Shown: positions 50,801 through 64,000 of the stretch, in pieces
Layout of the letters: the number at the start of each line of letters is the position of its first letter
How positions within the stretch are numbered: the stretch's first letter is position 1
Source: Monocercomonoides exilis PA203
Lineage: Eukaryota > Protista > Preaxostyla
Length of the DNA stretch: 64,000 nucleotides
Assembly (NCBI GenBank): GCA_001643675.2
Contig: LSRY02000030.1
Span: forward strand, 62,001-126,000
Direction of reading: 5' to 3'
Translations under genes and position numbers: made by a program
The notes under the pieces: model-generated
The model's input: the letters and a program-made list of their open reading frames with translations, nothing else
Told to the model about the DNA's origin: nothing
The model's database searches: none

Positions 50801-53800
50801 TCCCGGCTTTCCTTCTCTTCTCCTTATTCTCCTCCTTCTTCTTTCTCTTCTTCTTCTTTCTCTTCTTCTTCTTCTTCTTTTAATTCACCCACATCACATC
50901 CATCTTCTCCTGCTCCTCTTCGAAACACACCTGCCAGACCTTCTCTCACAAACAGTGCTTCTTCTACAAATATCACATCAACTTCATCAACTTCATCTTC
51001 ACCATCTTCATCATCATCTTCCTCCTCCTCCTGTTCATCTTCTTCCTCTTCTTCTTCCTCTTCTTCCCACACCTCCTCCTCTTGTTCCTTCACCGACCTC
51101 GTCCTCAAATGCCCCAAGGGGATTAAGCGTCCAAAAGCAAAGCAGATGGTCTCTATGCTCATCACTATGCCCTCAGGTGCTGAGATTCAGATGCTCCGCG
51201 AGGGAACAGCTGTCACAGAGGCAGTCAGAACTGACCTGATCTTCCCGAAATTCATCACAACCGCAGAAGATTTGGTGCGTTTCCAGGAGACGAATGACTT
51301 GTCTGTGTTTTCTGAGTCTATGACATCGTCACACACTCCAACAATTCGCCATTCGGTCTCTTCAAGATTGCTTTCTCGCTCTGCCTCGCCTGCATTCAAT
51401 GCGAATGCGAGTGAGAAGGGGCTGCTTGAAACAAGCATACAGCCATTGAGTTTCGAAGGAGGAGGAAGAGAAGGAGGAAGTTGCGAAAGAGATGATGAAA
51501 CGATATCTCATTCATCCTCGTTCTCTTCCATGTCATCACTCACTCCTGATTCACCTGCTCACCGAACGTCTTTCTCTTCTTCTTCTTCTTCTTCCTCTTC
51601 TTCTACTGCATCTACACCCCGTTCATCTGTCTTCCTATCTCTCGATTCTTCTTCCTCTTCTTCCTCTCCTTCTTCCTCTCTTTCCTCTCTTCGCCCTCAA
51701 AGATTGCCTCCTTCCCTTGCCCCATTCATGTCTGATCGTCTTCCTCATTCATCTCGTCCTGTCCGTCTTTTCAACCCGTTCCGCAGACAAGAAATACGCC
51801 CGCATTCTTCTCGCTTTGCTCCTGTGAAGTACAGTGGCTTGCCCTCAGAAAAGGAGAAGAAAAGTGGAATTTATAATGAGGGAGAAGCAGGAGGAAGAGG
51901 AGAACAAGGGAAAGAAGAGGAGATTGTGATGGTGGAGACATCGAGAAACTCTGCGCTTTCGTCGCAGAAGGCGAAGCTGTTCAAATCGCACTTGTTCCAC
52001 TCGCTTTTCAAGGAGCTTCCGTTTCCTTCGATTCTTCTCCTCTCACGAAGCTACCAGATCCCTGCGCTATCCGCTTCTTTTGCCTCGTTTTCTGCTGTTG
52101 ACCAGCCTCGCCTTCAGTCTCAGCCTCAGTCTCAGCCTCAGTCTCAGCAGCAGCAGAAGAGGCAGCACCAGCTGATTGCGCTCTTTCAGCACACAAGAGC
52201 CATCACGGAGAGGGCGAAGCAGTGGCAGAGCGAAGAGCAGAAGCAGATGAAGTTACAAAGTCAAATGAATCAGATGAATCAGATGAATATCTCAAGTCAG
52301 TCAAACCAATTGAGCCAGCAGATACAACAAAGAATTCTATCTCAACAACAGCAAAGCCCCTCAAATGCTCTTCCTCAGCCTCTGAATGCGAAAGATGCAT
52401 ATTCAACAGACACACACATATCCAAACCACAATCACAATCGCAATCCCAATCCAATGAAGAACTCACAAAACCTCCCTGGCCTTCACTGATTGACAGTCT
52501 GCTTCTTGTGAGGCTGTCTGGTGAGCTGCACGAAGAGTTTGAGTCCAAATGGGTGATTGCCTTCAACTCCCTTTTGTCTCGCCACATCGTCCCACAGCCC
52601 ATCCTCATCACAGCATCAGACGAGCAGAGGCAGATGCTGTTTGCTCTGCTTTGTGGAGACACTCTGTTTTATCGGCTGGTTATAAGTGAAGTTAAAAAGG
52701 AGGATGTGCAAAGGAGGAGCAATGGCAGTTATGGAGGAGGAGGAAGAGGAGGAGAATGGCAATTGAGACAATACAGAGAAGAAGGAGGAAGAACGAAAGG
52801 ATCGTTTGATTTGCAGATTTCACAATCGACTTCCGAAAGGAAAGAAGTGCTCAACAAGTCTGAAATTTCTACAAATGATTCAGAAAGTGTGCAAACTGTG
52901 CTGATCCCCCATCATTTCCTGCTGAAGAACTGGTCACAGCATCTATGCGATTATGCTACTCTTTCACTTGCATGGTCAGGGGAACGCAATCCTTTCAATG
53001 CATCGTCGATTCATTCATTAGACAGTGGAAACGACAAACACACACAAAAACAGCTTGCTTTGGATGCGAAGCCGTATCCGCTGCTTTCTGATAATGCTAC
53101 ATTCTATCGAATAGAGACAGCTAATTCTGGTTCTGATGCTCAAACAAATGCACTTCAAATGCTCTATGCAAAGAATGATCCATCATTTTCTTATTCATCA
53201 TATTCTTCTTCTTCTTCAATGCAATCTTCCCCTTTCTCTTTCTCTTCTTCTTCCTCCACTCCTTTCACTTCAACATCCCATCAGCCATTCCACAGCAAAG
53301 AAGACGATACAATCGAAACAGCCTTCAGCAACTTCACAAATTTGGATGATGTTTTCCACAATTTGGAGCTGTCTATTGAACAAATCAGAAGGCAGAACCA
53401 ACTTGATGCTCATTCGCTGCATATCATTCACGACCTGAAATGGAAGCCCAAAGCAGAAGACGAGCACAAAGCTTGCCTCATTTCATCACTCGTTCCTTTG
53501 TCTGATTCGGACTCTGATTCAATTTCATCATCATCATCATCATTAACATCATCATCTTCTTCTCACTCTCTTCATCAACCCAACAATTCTAAACAAGCAA
53601 ACATCAATCTCACAACCCCAGATTCCCTCCAACCTTCACTCCATTCCTGTGAAGTGTCTGTTCTCTCTTACGTGCCTCAAAAGAATCAGCCGTCTTATCG
53701 CTGCCCGAAATGCGCTGCTCGTCACAAGCAATGCCGCTGCATCTACACAACACCCGTTGGCTACCTCCTCTTCAAAGGCATTTCACAAAGAATGCCTCTT

Positions 53801-56800
53801 CAGTCAGACACGAAGGAATTAAAGGGGAAAGAGAGAGATAAAGATAAAGACAAAGATAAAGACAAACACAGATTTTCACCAGAATCTCCTTCACACAGAA
53901 GAAACAAGCACACAAGAGATGTCAATGATCGCTTGTCTCAGTCACCTCCAAGCGTCCGAATGGGCTCAAGCTTCCCACGCCGCTCTTCTCTTTCTCCGCA
54001 GCCTGTTTCACCAGCATCCCCTGGCTCTCGGAGAAATACAAGAACACATTCGCATCTCTCCTCTGATCGCTCGGGCTCACTGTCACTGCACGGAATGCGT
54101 GTTAATTCTCCGGCTATCAGAGCAGCTTCTATTTCTCCGAATTCACCAAGTTCTCTTGCATCTCCATCGAATTCAAGTGATAAACACGAGATGTCGAAGA
54201 CTAATGATGGATTGACGTACAGAAAAGCACTATTTTTGAAGAGATCTTCTTTTCCTTTGGTTTATGCGCCTTTCTCAAAGAGACAGGTTTCAAAGATATA
54301 CTCACTGAACAGCTCAAGCCAGATGCTATCTTTTCTTTTCTCGAATCACCCAATGCAATCTCATTCATTTCAATTATCTTGCTTCAAAAGGGATAAAACG
54401 GAAAAAGCAGATAAAAATGATAAAGAAGATGCAACAGCATCTAACCTGTCCAGTGAATCACAAAACCATACATTAGTATTATTCAACGAAGCACCAGATG
54501 CTGCAAAGATGGCAATTTCGATGCTTTCAAACACAGCTCCTCCGACTCTTCTCTTTACAGCCAGCTTGATTGCACTCACAGAACTTGTCTCTGCTTTCTC
54601 CACCAGCGTCGTTCGCTTCATTGTTTCCCTGTCGAACTCTCAAACACCTTCAGAAGCAGACATTGCGACATTCAACAGATCGCTGAAACCTTCACATTCC
54701 AGAAAGAAGTCGCAAAAGATGGACATTTTCATGTCTCCATCACCTCCTCTGAGGGATTTTACAACCACAAGCAGACCAGCATCCCCCTTTTCTCTTTCAC
54801 GAAGACATTCAATTAAGCAAGCAGATGAAGTGGCATTGGGACAGTCTCAAGCATTTGCACAAGCCCAGCATGCACCAAAACACTCTTCTTCTGCTTCTGC
54901 ACTGCCTACCTTTGAACCCTCCTGTTTCACATCATCATCATCATCATCAACCTCTCCTTCTTCTTCATCTTCCTCTTCTGAGATGTTTGTATCCTCACCA
55001 TCTTCCATGAAGCCCACCTCCTTTGAGCCCATCAGCACGCCCCAAAGGCCTCTTTCTATGCGAGCCATGCCCGAGCAGTTGGACTTGATACGCTCTCCAG
55101 TGAATCCTCAGGCTGGCTATGGAAAGACACAAGGAGAGGCAGCAACAGCACTGTCTGTGTTAAACTCTGATGTGAGCGAGGGGGCAGATGCACTTTCATT
55201 CAACCCACTCAGCTCCTCGTCGCTTCAGAACCAGATGGCTCAATCATCGTCTGCTGGCACAAGTCAGCAGGAAGTGTCGTTTCTGGCTGACTCAGATTCA
55301 GCAACGCAGTTTGATAGATCATCAACTTTGACTTGTGGAAATTCAGTTTCAAACACAAGTTCAAATATAAGTTCAATTTCAAACACAACAGAAACATCAA
55401 GTCAACCTCCATCTTCCACAGTGAAGACTCAGTCCACCTTGGAAACAGCAAAGATCCTCCAACTTTCGTGGCTAAAGATGGACTTTGCAGTGCAGATGCA
55501 TCCCAATTACCTGTCGCTGAGCAAGTCGCAGTGGATGTTTGACGAGAAACAGCAAGTGGTGAAGACACACCGCAGACATCGCAACAATGTTGGGCCTCCG
55601 ATTTCGCAGACTGTAAATGTGACAGACGAGAACACATTGATGGGCACACTGTTTATGATCAACAACAAAAACCCTGCTGACTCTGATTACGACTCCAGCG
55701 AAGATGATTCCAACTGCTCCAGCAGTGAAGATGCAGAAGAAGGGAAAGCAGCTACCAGTGAGGATGATCAGAACTCATCATCCACGCATTCTCCTTCACT
55801 CTCCATGCCTTCTTTCTCTTCTCCCTCGCCTGTTCCTGCTGCTGTTCCTGGATCATCTTCTTCTCCTTTCCCCCAGTCTCCACAGTTCCGTCCATTCACT
55901 CAGCAAATTGAGAACCCTGTTCAGTTTTGCTCTTTCTCACCATCAACAAAACCTTCCCATGCTCCTCTGACACACCCGCGCAGAAGGCCGAAGAAGCCGT
56001 CGTTTCCCACTCAGCACTATCCGCTCATTACACAATCACCTCCTCCTCAAATGAGCAACCAGTCTTTCCCATCTTCTCCCACAATAGCTCCATCATCAGG
56101 GCGAAGAAGATTGCACTCAAAGAAGCTGAGGAGACAGGCACACCAGATCATCGAGGATGACAGCGAAGACATTACAGAACTGAGTGAGAAGAAGCAGATA
56201 GACAAGATCTACTCGAAAGTGAGTCTGCTGATGAACTCAGAGGCTGAGCTCAAGAGAATACGGGGACTGTCTGAGTGTTGTGATGGACTGACTACATTCA
56301 GGAAGACACTATCTTCACTGCCACCACTCGTCAACCCGAACGGCATTCAACTGGATGCATTGATTCAGTCGCTCACAAAAACAGAGGGTGAATGGGACAG
56401 AGGAATCAAGCAGCTATCTGCAGTGCAGGCGCTGGAGAACCAGAGAGCGAAGGAGAAAGAGAAAGGGAAGGACAAATCAGGGTCGGCGTCTTTGATCAAT
56501 CCGACTGATGATCCAGAAGCACTGGTGCCTCTGAGACAGGAGAGATTGGACTGCATTTTGTTTGTGAGGCAGCTGTTTAGATTGGCTCATACAGTCGATT
56601 TGGAGAAACTGTTTAAGAACAGGAGCTTCCAGGCACACATGCGGAAGAATATGAAATTGAGGCAGATAACAATATCGATTGCGCTGGGGCAGATGGATGA
56701 GATGGAGTATCGCTTCAGAACATTCAAGAAGATGAAGTATGAAGCACAGCACACACAACAGTTGATGCAGCAGCAAATGGAACAGGAACAATTGCAAAAG

Positions 56801-59800
56801 CAACAACAGCAACAACAAAATCAGAATCAGGAGCAGGAGCATAACGAAGAAGGAGGAACAGGAGAAGTTAGTGAGAACGGAGCAGATAAACTGAATGCAA
56901 GTGAAAATACAACAAGCGTTGAGAATGATGATTCAACTCAAACACAAAGCGAAAAGCAGACATCAACAAATACTACAATGACAATTTCATCCACACCATC
57001 TACAAGTACTCTATCTGCTTTAGAACCAAATAATATGTCTCTGAGCTATACCTATTCATTCTCCAATATGTCATCACCAATGTCATCAACATTATCATCA
57101 TCACTATCATCAGCATCTATATCGACAACTCCACTTCCTCAACAGCCTTCTCTTCCAAAGGCCTCGCGCATTGTCTCTCTGGCAATTGGTTTGTATCCCT
57201 CCCTTCGCGCCTCCCATGATGTGCTGACGAAAGCTTATCTGCCGACCAGCTCCGCCCCGCCTGGCTTTGTGCAGCAAGTGCGTGGTGCGTCTCTGAGAGA
57301 CTACAGAAACAGCTTTGCACTCGCCACATACACTCAGCTGCCGAACCATCTGCAAGCTGCCAGCCCGATTCCGGTGGCATACCAATACGGCTCTACTGCA
57401 TCGACAGCAGCAGCAATTGGGACAAGCGCCCAGGGCATGCAGCCACAACCTCTGCAGAAATCTTTGAATCCGCCTCGTGCTGTCACAGGATCACCGATTC
57501 TGTCATTCAATTCTTCCACTCTTGGCGACGATAGCAGGGCACCTCTCCCAATGCCCATTCAACAGCCCATCTCCATCCACAGACAAAGCATGGATCTGAG
57601 CAAAGAAAGTGGAGAAGGAGGCAACAATGCAGAGTTTACAGAGGATGCAAGCGAACAGGAAAGCTGGGCGGGTCAAACAGGAAGCTTTTGCACTCCAGTG
57701 TCGATTGGATCTCGTGGCCTGAGTGGGATGAGTGGAGTCAGTGGAGTCAGTGGAATGAGCGGGATATACAATGATAAGGACATGACCTGTGGAACTGGGC
57801 TGTCTGTGAGAAGGAATTCAATGTATCCAGAGGATGCAGCGATGATTTCCGAGGGAATGTCAAATGGCTCGAACCAATTCAGAAGGCCAGGTGCTCAACA
57901 ACCTGACGGATCAAACGGAATTGCATCGAGTATTTTCAACGCAATCACAGATTCTTCTGTTGGCTTGCCAAATGATTCAATGAATCCATCATCGGTCTCA
58001 TCGATTGCGCTGTCTGCTAACTCAGGAATATACAAGACACCCAGCTTTTTGGATACCTCCACTGCATCCTCATATGCGGAGCATCATTTCCCTCGTCCTG
58101 TTCCTCTGAACAGCTCAACCAGGCAGCAGCAACAGCAGCTGGTCCAACAGCCGCAAATGCAATTTTCTCAGCAAGGGCAGATAAAGTCACTTTCTTCGAG
58201 ATCATATTCTGTCTCATTCATGCAATCTGCACAGGCTGATCAGAATGTCACGATGGATGTGCACCCATCATCTGTCCACACACTCACATCAGCACACTCC
58301 TCTTCTTCTCCTCTTTCGCCTGCTTCTCCTTTCTCTCCGCTTTCCCCGCTTTCTCCAACATCCCCACAGCACTCACAGCACTCACATCACTTGCACCACA
58401 CACCCACCACTTCCAACTCCTCTAACAAAGAACAGTTTTCTTCTCCTTCTCGTTCCTCTCGCGCTCTCCCCAGTCTTTTCTCTGATTCCAACAACGCCTC
58501 GCTTTACTCTGAACAGCTGCCCATCAGTTCTTCCTCTGCCTCTTATGCCCCAATGCCATCAATTGTGTCAACAGTCGACAATGTGGCGCTGCTCCACCGG
58601 CGCAGCATGGACGATCCGAATGTGTCTCCGCTGCTGTCTGACCAAGCAGGTGACAGCACACCTGACTCATTCTATCAGAGCCAGTCCTCGCAGCTGTCTT
58701 CAGAACACAGCAACAAGCTGAACTCTTTGCAAATGCCATTCCCTGGCCATTCGCCTTCACCTTCTCCAGAGTTAACGCTGGACAAAGCATACTCCATTTC
58801 GCTGTCTGAAGGAGAACGCACAATGTCCTCATTCTCTTCCTACTTCGCACTCACTGAGCAGCAAAGCAGACACACACAGCCGGCTTTCCTTCTTTCACAT
58901 GCAGAGCATCGCAATCTGACAAGGCATTTTGCCGAGCAGCTGCAGTCAATTCCACTCAGTTTTGGAGCACATTCAGCTTTCTGCTCGTTCGATTTTGGTG
59001 TGTTGGGCGTTATTTTAGGGGAGGAGGCAGAAGAAGCAGAAGAGGAAGGAGACAAAGAGAAAGAGATCTATATGAGCGAAGGAGCAGACAGAAGAAGGAA
59101 GCAGGTGAAGCGGATGAAGATGGAAGTGACAGGGAAAACATACTCCACATACCACAAACAGAAAGGAAGCGACATTCAACCAGTGAATGGGCAAAGCGAT
59201 TCCTCTGAGCGGAAGATGAAGCGAGCCAAAACCGCGTTCCTGTCTTCATCACAGCAGCCACTCAGCTCTGTGGACTTCCTCGGCTGCCCCGTCTGCTTCC
59301 GCTCATTCATCAGGGCGCATGTTTTATCGATGGTTGAGATTGGGAAAGCATTCAGCAGGAGTGTTTCTCTGATTAAACAGCACTCGTTTTTCATTTTTAG
59401 TGTCTGCAGGCAGAAGGAGAATAAAGATGCAACTGGGTTTAGAACAGATAGGCAGAGAGGGAGTGAGGAGAGGAATGGGGTGAATGGAATCAGCTATAGG
59501 AAGATGGGGCTTGTGGAATATAATGCCAATCTTGCAAGTCAGAATGGAGAAGCGACAATTAGCACTTCAAATAACTTTAAATCGCAAAGTTACACATCAT
59601 TTGAAACATTGCTGCAAAAGATAAGTGTTGGCCCCAGTCAGATACAGAATGCTACTCCGCTCACACATGAAGAGCAATCTCTTTGGCATTCATTCTATTT
59701 ACTTCATGTGTCAAATGGAGTTACAAGCAACAAAACTCCGATTTTTTGTGATTCTTCTTCGAGTGAATCAAAAACAGTCAATAATCGATTGCCACTATCA

Positions 59801-61713
59801 CACCAGGAGCAAACTCCAGTCTGCACAGCAATAAATCTGTCTTCTCTTTACAATCTGTGCACTTTTTCGCAAATGCAGAAGAAGAATCAGCTGTTTAAAC
59901 CATCCATTCTTCAAACTGCACCATCACAGCTTCACACTCAGTTTCAGAATCATTCTCAGATACAACCTCAACTACAACCTCAATCTCAACCTCAATCTCT
60001 CACTCGGTTCAGAGTCCATTGCCTTCCATCGTTCCACTCAAGACGACTTCTGCCTGTTCTCATTCCGTCTGTCCCTCTCCCGTTTCCTCAATCGCTTGAA
60101 CATCCAACGTCTTTGAGTGTGATGAAGATGTTGTTTTGTGACAGCCAATCTCCAATTGTCATATTTCCACTCACAGCAATCAAGTCAGTGAAGGTTGTTT
60201 CTGATGCACAAGTGATGAATTCTCAAGTGTCTGATCATCCAATGCCTCTTTCATCTTCTCTTCCTGGCACTTCTTCCTTGTCTCATTCTTCTCGTCTTCC
60301 TTTTGCTCGCATCGAGAACAATGAAACTAATCACAGTGATGTTGGCTCGCTTTCTTCTTCCTTCTTCGACAGCTCCTTCCGCACCGATCATATTGCCCTG
60401 ATGCTTCCCAATTGTAATTCACAGTTCAAAGAAAGAATTCAGAATGAACAACTTTCAACTCTTGCTCTGCCTACACTTGCATCAGATTCTGAAGCAGCAT
60501 CTGCTTCTATGCCTTCTTCTTCTTCTGCTTCTTTGTCTTCTTCTTCTCCTCCTCAATCGAAAAAGCGTTCAGTTCTTGAACCAATTTCGAAGCATATTTT
60601 CCCATCGAACATTCCCAAAGAAATCGCACAAATTCTTCAGAAGCTGTCTAAAGATGATGAAACATATGTGAATGCATTCAATCCACGACGAAACAGTTCT
60701 GATGTAAAGATGGGATTAGCTCATAATACTGCCTCTATTTCTGTTTCTTCTTCTTCTTCTTCTTCTTCTTCTTCTTCTTCTTCTTCTTCTTCTTCTTCTT
60801 CTTCTTCTTCTTCTTCTTCTTCTTCTTCTTCTCAATCGCCTTTTCACTCTCCTGCTTCTTCTCCCTCTGCTTCTCCTCTGTCTTCTCCTTCTCCTTTTCT
60901 TTCTCCTTCCTTTTCTCCTTCTCCTTCTCCTTCTTCCTCATTCGACTCATCTTCCACAGCTCCTTTGCTCCTTCCTTCTCCTTTCAATCTGCCGCAACCA
61001 AATTCAAAGGAAATCGAAGTTCCTCTTTTTAAAGGTGTCCAATGGGATACTCTTGCCCATCTCATTCAAACTTTCTTTTCTTCCTTCAGAGAAACAAGAA
61101 TGAAGAAGTCAAACGCTTTATCACTCGAACTGCTTCTTCGCCCAGAAAATAACAGAGCTAATCAAAATCCTTCGGTTCTTTCTCCTTTTCCTTCTTCTTC
61201 TGATATGCCAACTTCTTCTTCTTCATATCTGGAAGAAGAGAAACATAATATTTCCTCTTCTTTTGCTGCAGTTAAGAGCCATCCTTTGAGCTTCTTGCTG
61301 CCTTTTTCGTTTGTCAATCAGCTGTCTGTAAATGCCAATGCTGAAAAGAATTCCTTACAGCATTTTTCTGTTTCGGGTGTTAGTAATAGTAATAATAATG
61401 ATATTTCTTCTTCTTTTGCTTCTTCTTCTTCTTCTCTTTCATCATCCTCCATTTCTTCTTCTCCTTCTCCTTCTTCTTCTTCCTCTACCTCTTCATATTC
61501 TTTATCTTTTGCTTTCCATTCCTTTGTCCCACTTCGAAGTTTTATTGCTTACATTTCTGCATTTTCTGTGCTTGTACAGAATGAGCTAATGAACAGACAA
61601 AAAGAACATCTGAATTCATCTGGCAGTTCAAAGCAATCAGCTTCGACTGCCTCTATTCGATCTCTTTCTGGTGAACATGGCTCATCTTCTTATTCTTCTG
61701 CACCTTCTTCTTT

Positions 61714-61749
<36 letters not shown>

Positions 61750-62605
61750 TTCTTCTTCTTCTTCTTCCTCTTCCTCTTCTTCCTCTTCTTCTACTTCCTC
61801 TTCTTCTTCTTCTATTTCTTCTTTTTATCCTTCATTATTCTTCTCGTTCCTTCACAATATTCCATCAAACACACAAGAACACATCACAACAAACACGAAT
61901 CAATTGATTTCCAACCAGAACTTTCACATTCAGCTGCTCAATCCATTCGAATGGCTTGTTCTCTTCTTTGAACAGCAGAATCGCAGACTCACTTCTGAAT
62001 TTTTATTCAAAATACACTCAATTTCATTGTATCGTCCTTCAACCTCATTCTATTTGATGAGAAAAACAAACAAAAATAAATCGAAGAAGAAGGTTAACAA
62101 GAAGCAGATGACGTCACATGAGATGCAGAATATGCCTTCTTTGCTTTCTTCTTCTTCTTCTTCCTCTTCTTCTTTCCGTTCCTCTTCATCTTCATCTTTA
62201 TCTCGTAGAAATGAGCCATATAAGCAATTTGCTACTTCCTCTTACACAGACCCCTCGCTTCTCTCTCTCCGTTCTTCTTCTTCTTCTTCTTCTTCTTCTT
62301 CTTCCTTTTATCAGCAACAAATGTTATTATCTTCTAGATTCTCAAGCTCATTGCTTGGAAATACAAATACTTCATCATTGTCTTCTTCTTCTTCTTCTTC
62401 TATTTATCCTTCTCATTCTTCTTCACATTTGATTTCTTCTTCTCATTCAATTTCTAATTCTCATCCAAATTCTGCTTATTTGAGCCCTTCTTCAGATGGA
62501 TTGGACTATCTCTTGAATAAATGCGAGGTGACTTTCGTGTTCTCTTCTTGCCGGCAAGCAGACCTATTTGCCAATCTCATTGAAGCAACAAACTTCGTTT
62601 ATTAA
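47843..62605 (+). CDS. Giant (~4,800 aa) protein with N-terminal STK11IP/nischarin-like LRR domain and very long Ser-rich low-complexity body
   Basis: Four small LRR exons (IKGLRTASKTLKSFVCENSLQSL...W.QL..LSLAHNRIQRID..LNLSHNQI..LDLSYNKL..GNALNTVEGIQQLKGLESLDLSKNEI..LFLTENPI...YRIRVF) spliced to a ~13.6-kb final exon (track ORF 49115..62605). Confidence 0.75.
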
Positions 62606-63024
62606 ACACTCTTATAAAACTTTATTTAATTATATTTATAATAAAAATAATTTTTTTTGATAGTTTTTAATTTTCTGAAATGATTATTTCACTTTTTTTT
62701 TTCCTGTGTAAAAATTTTGTTAGATTAGTTTATTAAAAAATTTGAAATTTTTATTGTTTAATGGAATATTGAGTTTATTTTTGGCTTATGAGCAATGAGT
62801 CTGTATTGAAATGAGAAAGTTTATATGAATTTTCGATTTTTTTGAGTAGAAATGTTTTTATTCACTTAACATTTTTAACAATTATAAATCCATTGATTAT
62901 GGTTTGATCACCATTTTCATTCTTACGTCAGGTTATAAAGCTTAATTGTTGAATTCATTTCAGCATACAATAATAACATAAAAATTAGTAGCAATAACGT
63001 TAAGATCAGAGTTTTTTATTGCTT

Positions 63025-64000
63025 ATGGCGTCGTTGCACTTTCGTTCAAAACTTTTTGTGCTGAGTCCTGATGGAAAATGGATTGATCAAGGAACAGGTT
63101 GGACGGATGTGGAAAACGAAAGCATTATTATGGATATGGAAAAAATTGAGCCTGATGGCAGTCAAAAACAATTTGTGTCTTTTATTTCTCAAAAACCTGA
63201 TGATTACCTAAAAGAAGGAGGTATTTTAATGCCATTCTTGTTTTTGTTTAAAATAGTCAATGTTTGATACTATTTGTGAAAATTTAGATACTCTTATTGT
63301 TTGGACGGATTTGCTTTCTGGAAATGAATTTGCTATAAGTTTTTTGGTTAAATCAAACAGAGAAACTCTTTGGTTTGCAAAGCTGAATCATTTTTGTTAT
63401 TAACACTTTTGTTAGGACTATTATTCGAGATATTCAACAAAAAAGAACTACATTTCTTCCTCCAATATCTCATGAAGGGCTTCTTCTCCTTCCAGGTGTT
63501 TTACGTCGTTATTCCCTTTCTCCAATTTTAAGAGCAGAATTCACCCAGCACATGCTACGTGATGTATGTCCTTTATGAGCATTTTTTTGTATCGTTTGAG
63601 TTTATTCTTTAAAAAATTTCTCAACAATTGCAGAATTATCTTATCAGATTTTTAAAATTCCATTCTTCTGTAACAGTTCCCGAAGACATAATATCCATGG
63701 TCACAAAAAATCTGAAAGAGTGCATTGATGACAACAAGACGGACAGCCGACGTATCCATATGGACGATATTCCCACTGATTCATTTCCTCCACTCCCTTA
63801 TCTGATCACCTCTGAAGCTGAATGGCTGAAAATAACACACCCATCTCCATTGCCTTCTTCGGCTTTTTCTTCTCCATTCCCTTCACTCCCTTCTCTCTCT
63901 GCAAGCTCTTCTGCTTCAGAACTTTCTCCTTCCACGTCGGCTTCCTTGTCATCTACTTCTCCATCCAACTTGTCTTCAACTTCATCTTCTGAATCTCATT
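63025..64000 (+). CDS. PPP4R3: PP4 regulatory subunit 3 (SMEK/Psy2)-like, 5' part, spliced, runs off window
   Basis: EVH1-like domain RSKLFVL...KWIDQGTG...DDYLKEG|DTLIVWTD...EFAISF...ETLW|TIIRDIQ matches the PP4R3 pattern RVKVY..WDDRGTG..YQKQQDTLIVW..LALSFQ..EIWEKI. Confidence 0.75.

Noticed and set aside
1-64000. Alternative genetic code (TAA/TAG = Gln, as in some related oxymonads)
   Set aside because: Long ORFs are open under the standard code, and TAA terminates conserved genes such as ITPK1 at the expected position.

Overview
Eukaryotic, AT-rich protist genomic DNA with short GT-AG introns, the standard genetic code and extreme poly-Ser microsatellite-coded tracts. Gene families and style resemble the oxymonad Monocercomonoides (Metamonada); this is an inference. 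Genes found: a giant (>2,800 aa) Cys-rich beta-helix-type surface protein running off the left edge and missed by the ORF track; an unknown ORF; a spliced F-box + TMEM185-like multipass membrane protein lying head-to-head with MCM9; a decayed pogo/DDE_1 transposon with TIRs and a TA TSD; a DENN + IQ + NACK_C(DUF3490)-like fusion protein; an ITPK1-like inositol kinase lying head-to-head with a second beta-helix type I membrane protein; beta-helix pseudogene fragments; a lineage-expanded helical protein; a ~4,800 aa STK11IP/nischarin-like LRR protein; and the 5' end of a PP4R3/SMEK gene. Intergenic DNA holds about nine MITEs from several subfamilies. They share a terminal motif and a 4-bp A-N-A-T target duplication, shown directly by a nested insertion. 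There is also a 1,079-bp foldback with 492-bp apparently perfect arms, and a small IR-bounded element carrying TTAGGG repeats plus a tRNA-like sequence. All domain assignments are by eye; no database searches were run.
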